The position numbers and the translations under genes are program-made. The notes under the pieces are model-generated. The model made no database searches. It was given only the letters and a program-made list of their open reading frames with translations, and had not been told where the DNA came from. A DNA stretch of 64,000 nt from assembly GCF_026571515.1 (NCBI RefSeq), contig NW_026864182.1, forward strand, positions 372,001 to 436,000, given 5' to 3'. How positions within the stretch are numbered: the first letter of the stretch is position 1; every line of letters begins with the position of its first letter. This document shows, piece by piece, positions 13,606 to 26,500 of the stretch. The DNA is from Ruditapes philippinarum (taxonomy: Eukaryota).

Positions 13606-16600
13606 TTCATATTACTAAATTTATTGAACGAGTTGAAAAAAATCTGGCGAGCATAATATTGTGTTATACAACGAGTTCAATAAATTTAGTATTGAAACTA
13701 CACGAATATAATATTCTTTTTATCACATAATATAAAAAAAAGAACAATAAACTGTAAAAATGAGTCATTTTTCAACGACGCGCCTATAGTGTAACGCTAA
13801 CACGTACAAGCTCTGCTTTTGTATGAAATTAATCGTGGTGGTATTTAATTTTCTTTCGGGCCATTATTTAAATTTGGGTGCTTTTCAATGACGCATGCGC
13901 AAATTCAAGTTCCTGCCTGATCGTGAATTTACATGCACAAAAACTATTCTAGGTATATTATTTTAAATACATTACATTTACAGGAGAATGAGTGGCACTT
14001 ATAGTTATATTGTACCCCAAAAATAAAATGAAGATACAGTATGACTAAATTTTTAATAGTAACCGAAATTTTTGCTTCATTAACAAAATTCAGGGAGACT
14101 AATGATAGGAATATTATATTTATTATTTGCATGTTTCAATTATTCCTTTGCAAAACAAAGCAAGGTAGATTTCAGGTTTCAGATTTTATTCAATACTGTC
14201 ATGGTTCATAAGAACATGTGACATAAAATACAAAATTGTGAACATGTAACAACCGGAACACAGAACAAATATACATATATAAACAGAAGAAATATACATT
14301 AATACAGGAGAATGAGTGACAATTATATTGTATCCATAAAATAAAAAAAAGATATGATTAGATTCTTAATAATAACCGGAATTTATGCTTGAAAAACAAA
14401 ATTTCTTGGAGACTAATGATACAATATTATACTTATTATTTGAATGTTGTAATGATTTCTTAACAAAATAGAGTAAAGTTTTTTTTATATGTGACTTGTT
14501 TTTACTATTCATAAGATCTTCAAATGTCACTGCATTATGATACCTATAACAATACGGTTTGATAAATAGAGGATATTGAATGAGTGTAGTTAAATAGCGA
14601 GCTCGACGAGCTGGCCCGAAGGGCCTGCTCGCAAAGCGAGCTTTACGCTAACCAGTACTTGCTAGTGATGGTTTTGAAAACTTTCGTCCGAAGTACCGAA
14701 TTGGACACATCGCAACCTTTCGAACTTAAAGATAACGATAAAAACTGAGGAATTCTGACTGAAAACGGATGTCTAGACTGGTCACCCGCGCACGTCTATG
14801 AGAACCATAATTGGACAAGGAACCAGAATAACAGAAGCTGTGTATAAAATATCGAACGACAGTTTTAAAACGGAAAATGTAAAATGAAAATCGAAGGCGC
14901 CATTTGTTTGGTATATAAAAACAATTTGTTGTCGAATTTTGTTGTGAAAACTATCTAGAATGAAAGAAAATGGTCTCGTGATATAATGGTCTCGTGATAT
15001 AATTCCCCGCATCCGAACTCCAAACAGTGATGTTATTGAGCAATAAAATCACAGTTTGGGATATATTATTTCGATTCCAACACGACATCAACAAATAAAT
15101 GCTGCCGTACATGATAATTAGCTAAATTGCGCCTGATTTGTTTCCTTACTTATTTTCAGCAAATCACATTTTTAGTGGTTACGTCACGTGTATAATGATT
15201 ACGTCACATGTCTAAATATAGAACGTCAAACTGTGCATCTGTTGTATAATAACACACACTTTCTGTTCTTCTATGTTCAAGAGGGAAAAATGAGGGTCGT
15301 GTTAGAATCAGTCGTTAACGCTGTACAGACGTTTAAACTATTGTTTACGTGACGTCACAATGTAGCGCCAAACAGCACGTGCAAAACAATCAAATCAAGT
15401 ACGCTATTTTAATGTCGCAAACCGGTGCTAGGGGCGTGGACGGTAACTTGCACTTTCCAGTACCGTCCATGAACAGGCTCAATCAAACCGAGCCTGCAGT
15501 ATTTTCAATTTTGCCGTGTTGGGCTTTCTTTAGGGATTCTGTATTTATCTATTTTAAGTTCTCAATACAGGATTGGAGCAGTACCTCTAGACGCTTGCAG
15601 AAATCATGATCACAAAATAGACAAATATCGTTTTTTTTTCGCCGAATTTTACATTTTTCCATGATTATCTTACTTGATTCGGTGTGAAAATATGAATTAG
15701 ACCTGTTAAAGTTCATTCCGTTGAGTAAAAAGACAATATTTTAGCATTTTATCATTCAAGCGCCTTGTCCGGTATATACCGGAATATGGTATTAAGTGTG
15801 GTGCTCCAATCCTTTTTTTAGTCACAGCCTTTAAGTTTTACATTTATTTCACTTTTAATAATCTTTATTTTGCTTGAAAATTATAGAAAGAAATAAAATA
15901 AAACAAAGTTTTATCAACGTTTTCAAAACTCGTTTTTCATTTAACGACAGGGGCGGAGCCATATTTAACACAGTACGTGTGACGTCACACGCACTCGTCA
16001 CTGCATTTGAAATAAAAATGAGCGATTATTTCATACTATTTCACGTTAAAAGTACATCGAGCTCGCTTTGAGGCTTTGCCTTTTTGGCTTTTTCATATTA
16101 CTAAATTTATTGAACGAGTTGAAAAAAATCTGGCGAGCATAATATTGTGTTATACAACGAGTTCAATAAATTTAGTATTGAAACTACACGAATATAATAT
16201 TCTTTTTATCACATAATATAAAAAAAAGAACAATAAACTGTAAAAATGAGTCATTTTTCAACGACGCGCCTATAGTGTAACGCTAACACGTACAAGCTCT
16301 GCTTTTGTATGAAATTAATCGTGGTGGTATTTAATTTTATTTCGGGCTATTATTTAAATTTGTGTGCTTTTCATGACGCATGCGCAAACTAAAGTGCCTG
16401 CCTGATCGTGAATTTACTTGCACAAACACTATTCTTGGTATATTATTTTAAATACATTATTTTTTCTTTAACTTTCAGTTTTATTCAATATCATTACTAT
16501 AGCTATACCGTTATACATTAACATCAAATTACTTTCCGTGGCGTATATTTTATTTTGACCATTGTTTTCATTGACAACCATGCAAATAAAGTGGGAGGGG

Positions 16601-16741
16601 TACAGCTTTAAAGTTGAACTTGATTTTTTTTCCAAATGGCAGATATTCTTTCCTTAATTCCTTTAAATAATTATTTTTTTTTGATAGATAAGCGATTCAT
16701 TTTGAAGCATATGTTTGTATTACAGCAATAAGAACTACTAA

Positions 16742-17576
16742 CAGGGCTCGAATTTAACACTCGCAAACTCGCAAAATGGTAGATTTCTAGTTGAAAAATG
16801 ATTTTGCGAGTTAGATTTATGACTACTCGCAATTTTTTGCGAGTTGAAGAAAAAATGGACCAGCTATGCGTGCACTTGCTGTCTGGTTTACATTTTCTAT
16901 ACCTTAACCTTGCTTAAAAAAGTACACAAATTTAAACCAGTCAAAATGTCATTTTGTCCGTGTAAATCAAGCGTGATCGGAATAAAATGCCTAAACGAAA
17001 AATAACGCATTTCTTCCCACTTACTGAAGCAAATGTGTCTTCCGATAACAATACTCTGAGTACAGAAGATGATTCACAGTCTGTCAAAAGAAAGACAATC
17101 AGACCTTTAGTTAAAACGGTTAAAAAATGGGAGAAAGAACTGCATGTCAGTCTTATGTATGAAATCGATGACGATGAAAATTTTGCCAAAATATTTTGCG
17201 CCGATTGTTGTGCGCATAATCCAGACCAGACATCTTCGGTATGGCAACAATATTGCATTATTATTTTTTAACATGTAGATTGACATTTGATAAGAATCCC
17301 TGTCCCCTAAATCAAGTTTTTGAGTAGAAGGTTACGTTGCTGATTCGTACCCTGGGCAGTTCCAACTCGACCAAATAAATTACAATTTTAATTTTGTTAT
17401 TCTCTATATCCAGCAATAATTTAAACAATTAATGAATGTACGCAAAAGTTTAAACAATTTTGGAAGTAAAAAATCATTGTCGTAAAAAATGCTAGTTGAA
17501 TTCAGTTTTTGCTTGTTAAAAATTTGTCCACTAGCAAAAAATTGCTAGTGGCCAAAAAAGTTAAATTCCAGCCCTG
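16742..17576 (+). mobile_element. Internally deleted hAT-like DNA transposon
   Basis: TIRs CAGGGCTCGAATTTAAC / GTTAAATTCCAGCCCTG. The internal ORF 16987-17271 (MPKRKITHFF...KKWEKEL...IFCADC) resembles the N-terminal zinc-finger region of ZNF862-like hAT transposases. Imperfect TSD ACTAA/ACTTA. Confidence 0.75.
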
Positions 17577-17657
17577 ACTTATAGCTACTAACTTAGTGTG
17601 ATTCTTAAACGCACAAGGGGCCCACACAGTGTTTGGATGGTATATACTGCTTGATGG

Positions 17658-17854
17658 CAGTGATTTTTCTGGCTTAATTGGGAAGAAGCCTTAGCCTCTT
17701 GATTTTGGGAAAAATTATCGCTAAAATTGCTAATTTTGGAAGAAAAAAGCATGTTTCAGTTCAGATTTTTGGGAAAACTGCATGATTTTAAAGAAAATTT
17801 CAATTGGGAAGGGGCCCTTTTTCGGAGTCTGTTATATATGTAGGAAAATCACTG
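17658..17854. mobile_element. MITE with CAG termini and 5-bp TSD (hAT5-like)
   Basis: TIRs CAGTGATTTT / AAAATCACTG flanked by a perfect GATGG direct repeat. Confidence 0.75.
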
Positions 17855-18121
17855 GATGGTGACCTTAAATGAGATTTAAGTCATAACTTTATAATATGTA
17901 TATAAATATAGGCCAAGGACATTACTCGGTAAATATAGAATTTTCTATCACCCACAAATTCATGCGAGATATCGGCATATCAGCATTATGACAGGGTTGC
18001 AGTATATTATTTAAGAGGGTTTGCAGCCCTCCCAGAGCCTTTGGCCCCAATTTGGACTTTCCATGAATTATAGTCTGACACCTGAATTTATGTTATTGCT
18101 TCTTTTAATTAGGTCAGCAAA

Positions 18122-21100
18122 ATGGAAGGGGCAATGGCACCAGGAATGCTGTCTACACTATGTGATATGCTTAAACCTCCAGAGGAAGATTCAGATAGTG
18201 ATGAAGACAAGGTAAATGTTTCAACTATTGTTAAGTGATTGGTAAAACGATGAAAATTTTATGGTGACACTCTCAACTTTCTTGACAGAGGATAATTTTT
18301 TTTTATTTATAGAATTTTTCAAAGCATTTTGATTGGTTAAATAACAAACTTTTTGAAAGTGGGCTTTGGATCCTACATAGTTGATAAATGAAACAAATGA
18401 TTCAAAGTCAGGAATTTTAACACTCAGCCACATGACTATAATTTTTATGTTAAATTATTCACTTGAAGTTGTTTATGACAATCTCATTGTTTAATAGAAT
18501 CTGCTCTTACACTGATTACATATAAACTTCAATGACTTTGTTTAAATAACAATGTTTACTTTACAGCCAGTGTCAAGTATAGCCCAGCTAAACCCTGGAA
18601 ACATTGGAACCAAAACTAAACCCAAGAAAGACCTAGGGGAAAAGAAAGGTAAATATTTAAACAGAATGCCTTATGATTAAGCTGTGCAGTTACAGTTGCA
18701 ATCTTAATACAGTTGTTTAAACATGATTGACACTATTAACAGTATTGTAATCTTGCTATGATCATCAAAAAATTAAACTGTTTAATATCTTTGTTACTTT
18801 TTTGAGATCATGCATTGGCTGTTTATGTGTCATACAATTACTTTAATCATACTTAAGCCTCTTGTAGTAGAACTGTAGATTATTTGCTTATACTAAGTGT
18901 AAAATAAGTATGATTATAGAACATAACCAATGATGACTTTATAACTTTACATAGTTCTCACAATCTAGATTTAAGTGCAAAGTATTTTTAGCAAGAACAT
19001 TGACAACTTACATGACTTTGTAATTATAGTTGAAAAGGATACAAAAGATATCTGGGATACTGAAGAAGTCCAGGAAGGTTCTGAGTTCGAGTCAGTATAT
19101 GATCCACGACCACAACCCGAGTAAGTGATATATTGATATGTAGAGCTGTGCTGACCACATTTTCTTTTCATTATGAATTAAACAATTGCAGCTACATTAT
19201 CTCCTAAATGTGTTATGAAAATTTTAGTATAAGAACAATATGTAATGATCAACTTATTTAATTGGTACCACTTTATATACTATATATCAGTCTTTCTTAT
19301 GGAAGGTCAAAATTTGTATTTAGGTGCCCACTTCTACCTGAACTAATGCACAAAAAGGCACTTCCATTAGCCTGGAATGGTACCATATATATATCCTTAA
19401 CAGTAATGTTGTGAAAAAAAACCCCAATAGAGTTTCCAAGTTTAAAAGTCATATGAAAATGTCAATTTTTAAATTTATATGAAAAGTTATATACTTTGTT
19501 CACTGGTATATTGGTCGTTATGGGTACAACTTAACTGTGAATTGTTCTGATACAACTGTACTTAAAACGCAAGTAGTTAGAACTGCTTATATGTAGTCAT
19601 TTCAATGCCGTTCACCAATTTGGGTTGGGTTCGGGCCAGGAATGTTAGAATTCGTTATGTGAGCAACTTATAAAACTAGTTTGTAGAATCATACTGATAC
19701 TATTTTGATATTATTTTTAGGTATGATATTATACACAAGCAGGCAGTAACATCTGAGGACATGTTTCTACAGATGGGCAACAAAACACCAGCCACATCTT
19801 CCTGTGAAGATATGGTGGTTAGTTTCATTGTTACATTGATAATTGTATTTTATAGTATACTTAAAGGTTTTCTGATAAAACTGCAGTGGTTTTCATGTTA
19901 GAAAGTTATCCCGCTAGCTTACTGAAGGTTGGTGGTTCTACTAAGGTGCCCACTTGTGCCAGAAATAATGTAGGAAAGGGCACCTGATGTCTTACTTCAC
20001 CAGTAAAGCATGCCACAGTCATGACCTCTACAGTGTGGGTGAGATTTAAAACCAAACAAATATACTTTCAAAAGATGAAATACATATGGTCTGTAAGTTT
20101 TAATTAGTATTAATTTATTGTGTGACACATCTGGCATTAACAGGTTCAATGTTACCCAAGTCTTTAATATTCTCAGTTTTGCTATGTTAGGTGCGTTTAT
20201 AATGTAGATTGTCTTATTTTCTATTTCGCAGCTGACTTTATGTTCTAAATATTGTGTTTGAGATTGCATATCCTGATTTTTTTAAGTCTGTTAAAGTATT
20301 GAAAAAAAAGATCAGGGAAGTTTAACATAGCCAACTATTTTTAATCCTTCATGTTAATACACATAGTCTGGTTGAACAAGTTTTCTTGATAGTTGATATG
20401 TATCTGATATTTTGTTAACAAAGTGGTGAAGTTGTTGTATGACACTTACCATGGTATAATGTGTTATGTCTACAATCATTGCCTGAATTGATTGCAACAG
20501 TTAGATTTGTGCCACTTCACCAGTTTTTTCGTGTATTACAGTTTACTTGTAAACAATTAAAAAATTCCTATACTTATTTGTGTGTTAAACAGACTGTCAG
20601 TAAAAGATATTTCAATGTTTTCATAATTTTATTGTACTATTTTCAGGTAAAGATTAAATTACCAGACACAAAAATGCCAGATGTTACATTAGATGTTAAA
20701 CCTAAATTTCTGGATTGCAGAACACCAAATTAGTAAGTAAGATTAAATTATTGGGAAAATAATATTAAACAGGATTGTAAACAATAATTTTTTTATAGGA
20801 ATTGAGCTGGTATAAAAGATGAATCAATTATAATTATAAGCAACAGGTTTATGTTTCCTTAAGAGACATTTGTACTGGGCTGCTGAATTATTGGTCAGTG
20901 GAGCATGATAAGTCTTTCCTGTTAAACTACATATACATGACTGATGTATTGTTGTGACTTAAAGATGTGTTTTTCCCATCCCTGAATATTATTTTAATCA
21001 CAAAAATTTATTGAAATTAATGAAATTCTTATTGAATATGTCTAATGTGAATAAAAGAATGAAAAAACTATATATAGGAAGCTGTGTTCCATATTATGGG

Positions 21101-21916
21101 TCAAATAAAGTTGGTTCTTTCTTAAAAAAAAACTGCCAGTTTTTTAACCTCGCTATAAATTCATATTGTGACCACATACAGTGTGTAGAATTTTAAATAT
21201 TACATATTTACTTTGTGTGAAGTCTATAATATGTTTATTTTATATTTACAAAGAGACTGTGCAATTACCTATTTTTTCCAACATCAAATTTGAGCATAGT
21301 ATATCTTTAAAATTGAACCTAAAGGAATAAAATTAAGATTAACAAGAATATCCAATGGTAAAGACTTAAGTATCAGACTGTCTAAATGGTTGATGTTGCC
21401 TTTCAATGAAATATCTATGTTAAACAGTCAGATCAAACATTGTATAAATTAACTGTTTACATGTGACTATAATTTCGAAGGAAATTATGACATTCTGCTA
21501 AAAGGAATATCATATCTAATTGTTATTATAGTGTAATTTGAGGTATATTTAGAGAGATTATCTGTTTTTATTTTCCTATATATGTTCTTTGTGACAGCTG
21601 ACATTTTAAAACCATTTTTTCCCACCTCTTTTAAAAGATAACTTTACATTGCAAGTTACAGATGTAACAGAGCTATACATTGGAGCTTATGTTCAACTGT
21701 TGTATATCTTTCAAACTGTAAATAAATTTTAATTCATTGTCTTTAGTAGACTGTTTAATTTGTCAACATTTGATTATTTTATCTTTCAGTTACCTCGGAC
21801 TACATTTACCACATCCTGTTGACCATAAAAATGGTAAAGCACAGTGGGATGGTAAAACAGAGACATTGAGTGTAACACTTAGATTAAAACGTGAATATGA
21901 TTTTATGAACTTCTGA
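18122..21916 (+). CDS. DNAAF6: Dynein axonemal assembly factor 6 (PIH1D3/Twister), ~190 aa
   Basis: Exons 18122-18211, 18567-18648, 19030-19120, 19721-19817, 20647-20732, 21790-21916 (TGA) splice in frame (573 nt). Protein: MEGAMAPGMLSTLCDMLKPPEEDSDSDEDK...NPGNIG...KDIWDTEEVQEGSEFESVYDPRPQPEYDIIHKQAVTSEDMFLQMGNKTPATSSCEDMVVKIKLP...LGLHLPHPVDHKNGKAQWDGKTETLSVTLRLKREYDFMNF. These are the characteristic PIH1D3 motifs and the C-terminal CS-like domain. Confidence 0.95.
19900..20060 (+). mobile_element. SINE-like 3' fragment; related pieces at ~6750-6910 (-) and ~40300-40400 (-)
   Basis: Shared GGTGGTTCTACT.AG.TGCCCAC and CACCAGTAAAGC motifs, with a (CAAA)-like tail. Confidence 0.55.
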
Positions 21917-23534
21917 TGGCAGTCACCATGTTACCAACCTTGTTGTGTTCACTCAGTGATTATAATAAAAGTAACAGACTTAGTAAGGTACTACTGAAAC
22001 TGTGATGTTCACAGACACCAGAAATATATTTGCTCTTTATACTTTTATTAAAGAAAAAGAAAATAGTAGGAATATATTAATTGAATTAAAAAGAAATTTA
22101 ACCATGTGATGGATATCAGTACTAAAATTTGACACTTTCATCTTACTGATCATCATCATCATCACTATCATCATCAAGTATATGACTATAAAGTCAGATC
22201 TTCTCAGGATGGAAAGATCTTTATTCCTTGCTGCTTATGATATGTAATTAAAGAACAGCTTAAACAGTTCATCATTGACTAATTATAAATTACATTATTT
22301 CAGGCATACAAGTTTTTGTACTATTTATTTTATGTTATACATTCCAGTTTTGATATCATGTTAAAATCCGTCCAACTTATTTATTTAAGATGATATTATT
22401 GAATAAATGTTTTAAATCAAGTTTGCCTTAAACCCTTTCTTTGTCAAATTGTCAGTATTTTCCTATTTGACCTAACTTAGGTTACCTCCCTTTTAACGTC
22501 ATTGAAGCTTTGTCATCCAGAACAGGAGAAATGCATTTTATAATAATAATAAGCTGTCAAAAATACATATATTATTTGAATTATATATTTAGCTTTATTC
22601 AAACCTCATACTTAGTAGTGGAAACATTTATGATAAGTATGTGCACTAGCTTATAGCTGGGACATACAGTCTGACATGAGTTTACCTTGTTGTCTCTTCA
22701 AGTCCATCATTTTGAAATTGATAAACCTAAATCTCTCAATAAACCGTTTTGAATTCAAAGCAAGTGAAGTCTGTTATACAGCAAGGATTGTGATGAAACA
22801 TTCTGGTGGCTCCTCAAGAATAACTTAGTTTTCATAATGATAAAAATTTTCTTTGAATAACCTTAAAAATGTTCGTAAGTTTCATTTCAAAGGTAACTGC
22901 CCCTTTCTACAGGTGCTAAACGTGTCGGAAAATATCGCACCGTCTTCGTTCTAATAGATGCGGTGTCTTTATAAAGCATTTATTATAATGCTACATTTTG
23001 TGATTACACTTGTGGTTAATTTGATTCTGTATAAAATAAACAATAAAATAACAAACAGAACAATGTTTTAATATATCATGTAATTTCACAATTCTTCCAG
23101 CGTACAGGGCATCAATATGCATTTTTAAGAGTTCTTTTAATTGATATATATCAATGTCAATTAAGCAGAAAAACTCTACCAAATCACAGAAGATACAAGC
23201 TGTTATTTAGGACGTCCTAGATGTAGCACACACTTTAGAATTGTCCTTGATATTTGAGATTATGCATACCAAGCAATAATAGCTATTCCATGAACCATCC
23301 TTCAAGTGCTTGACTGTGTAGTAAGAAGGAAAACGAAAACACCTTTCTGAACACTGCAATTAGTTACGATATTAAACCGACAAGTAACACAGTCTCTTTG
23401 ATCTAATTTAATCAGCCAGTTTTTCATGCCTGTTGAATACTGTAAAGAGATCAAGCATATAGACTGTATTTTGATGTTATGTTCCTCTTTTCATGTCAAA
23501 GTTAACACTTCCCAAACATTTCACACGACCGGTG

Positions 23535-26500
23535 TCATAACAACTCGATTTTAAGTAGTTTCTGAGCGACTGAGTCCCCCGCCGGTTTCGTCTGCCTTAA
23601 CATCTTGCGCATGCGGAGATGCATCTTCCGCCGGAAGTCTTTTTCGCCCTTGAGCAACTCTCTGAAATATATTCACAATGTTTTAGCTTAGAAATATAAA
23701 AAGAGAACATCTTATTTTAAATTCGATCTTCGAATACTTGCGAATATATGAAATATTAACACTATCTTGACAATATTTTAACACTTTGCCATATATTTGA
23801 CATGAACTCGTACTTTAAAGTTCAAATATGGTTTTATGGAGCTATATTTCTATTACAGTAGTCTGCTGTTTTGTAGAAAATCATAATAATAATAATAAAA
23901 AAAAAATATGTTATTAAACATAAAATTTGAAAGTAAATTTACTATGGTTCTGTAAAAAGAATTTGTAATATGATGACAGCAAATGAAAATATTACAATTT
24001 TCTTGATACATCTACGAACAAACAAACAAACAAACAAACACATAAAACAACATCAACCACAATAACAACCACAATAACAACAACAACCCCCCATTCATTG
24101 CAACTACAATTCCTTTTTTAAAGCTGAACGTTTGATGTATTTCACTTAGACTTTCTAAACTTTTCATAAAAGCAAATTATTTAATCCAGAATGCTAGTAA
24201 AAGGACGGTTAATTGTCCTAGTTGTTTTTATGTTATCATTTTTTTTGCTACCAAGAGTTTTATACCGATTCAATAGCATAACACAGTAAGGATGGTAATA
24301 GGTGTAATCTGCTCTTCATAATTGGAGGAAATAAAAGAATCTATCTATCTAGTTACTAGTTCAGTACTGATTCATAATCTTTAAACAGGCACCCCGGCGG
24401 TGAATGACTGCACTGCTGTTAAAAGTTTTAAAATAAACATAAAACAAACACTATTCTGATATACACTAAGTGTTTAAGTTCTGATGCCAGTTATTTCATG
24501 TTGGTATATTAGACAGTTATGCAAATTAATGACATACAATAAGATCGGACATAGCTCCTACTACTCCTTTGAAAATATTCTAGCAAATAAAACAAATCAT
24601 GAAGCGAAACTGAAACTTAAAAATAATGTATCTTGAGAGTAAAAGAATGCTAAGCAGACGAGAAAATGTCTCACAGAAAAGAAAGGAAGACAAATCTAGC
24701 ATTGACAATTATCTACATTAACTGTAGCAGTTACCTACCTTGAGAAGTTTCCTAAATAAGCTTAGTTAAATAGAAAGCGGTTAGTTGTTAGTTTCAAAAA
24801 GTCAAATTTAGTCATTTCACTACAACCTTGAGATAAGAAATTAGATATTTAACGGCGTTATTACTATTTATGATGGAATGTTGAAATATGCAGTGACAAT
24901 AATGGCATCGTAACTATGACGTATTTGAACTTGAGGATCGGTACCGTAATGCACATATCATTGTCATGTGTATCATGCACGTTTGTTTGTAGTCGTCCGT
25001 CAATCCTCAAAATTTTGATTCAAAGTCGGCTGCCCACCGTCACGAAAAGCTGACGTTATTAGGTAATGAATTACTTATTTGCCATTTAATAATCACTGCG
25101 AAAAAAGTTGTCAAAATTACATGTGTTCATTCAAAATTGTAATATTCTTTGATATTTTAATAGTCAATAACATCAAAACGTGTATTAAAGTATTAGTATT
25201 ACATTAGTTATGATTACAAATGTATGTAGTAAAGATATGTATGGTTTCAAACCGTACCTTGTAGTATTATCATATTGTACATACTATATATATGTTTCAG
25301 TTATATTATACAATGACAAAGATTGAAATCATAAAATTTATCACACTTTGAGGAATGTTTTTTGTTAACGCATGTATCTTTTGAAATAGAGCTATAAAGA
25401 ATCACTAGTTCATAACACTCGTCTTTAAATACTAAAAGGTACGTTCAGCACATGAATAATTAAGTTAGTTTGTTACATTACACACGCATCATTATATCGT
25501 CAACATTAGCTACCTACCCGAGATCAACTTCCCCGTCACCATCTGTATCAAGTCTGTCAATAACTTCATCTAGTTGTGCTTCCGTCAACGGGATGTTTTC
25601 TGCCTGGTTAAATGAAACGAAAATTTTATTGTTTGTTATATACTATTTAAGTGTCATGCTGAGAGGCAATTACTTTATAAATCTTAAAGTATACCTTAAT
25701 TTTCCGTAAGTTAGCTCAGTTTTTTACGTACATGACGTTAATTAGCTAGAGAAGACGATTCGAAACAGAAAAAAATTGGCCACAACCAAAGTTGGCCTTT
25801 ATTTGATAATTTATGTGCTGTTTGCAATTATGTAAATTACTTTCTTTCTCCATTCGACAATATTTTGCTTTATGCTTATTTTAATACATTTACAAAATTT
25901 TCAGAACATGAGCATGAATCTGAATGCATGCTCAGTGATGCTGCTGTCCCTTTTTGACAAGTCTGTGTTAAAAGACTCGATTCAATTAATTTGATAATTT
26001 TACACATAAGGTGTACGATAATTTTATCGTATTTACTACTCACCATTAAGCCTAACTTAAATTCTTGTCTATCAACACTGAAGCTCCTGTCTTTATCCAG
26101 TCTTTTTAACAGATCTATCACTCTATAACCCTGGTCCTGCATGTATTTAAACATTCGAACGACTGGATCCCTCCAGTCTAATGCATTAGGATCTTTGGCC
26201 GGAGCATCTGTGGACCGTACCACCGCCCCAAACATGATACGTAACGGGATCTCTCTTTTGCGTTTAATTTCATCCCATTTTTCTAGAAAATCTGACCGCA
26301 CTACGATATCCTGTCAAGAAAAGAGACAAACTTTACGATTCTTTATGTACATACAAGTATACTTGAAAAGAACCAAAATACAGTGTATGTAGCCTGGTTT
26401 GACTGGTTTTCGATAGACAATTTTAGCAACACCTATTTACACTTTTTAAGATGTTACGGAGACTTTAATAACTCCGTTATATGTTCCATCTTGGTGTCGG

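Larger units (their letters stand above)
11484..16459. repeat. Near-identical tandem duplication, period ~2489 bp (11484-13971 / 13972-16459)
   Basis: Direct sequence match throughout; for example acaggagaatgagtggcac occurs at 11491 and 13980, and ORFs are duplicated in the track. There are a few clustered mismatches and 1-bp indels. Confidence 0.95.
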
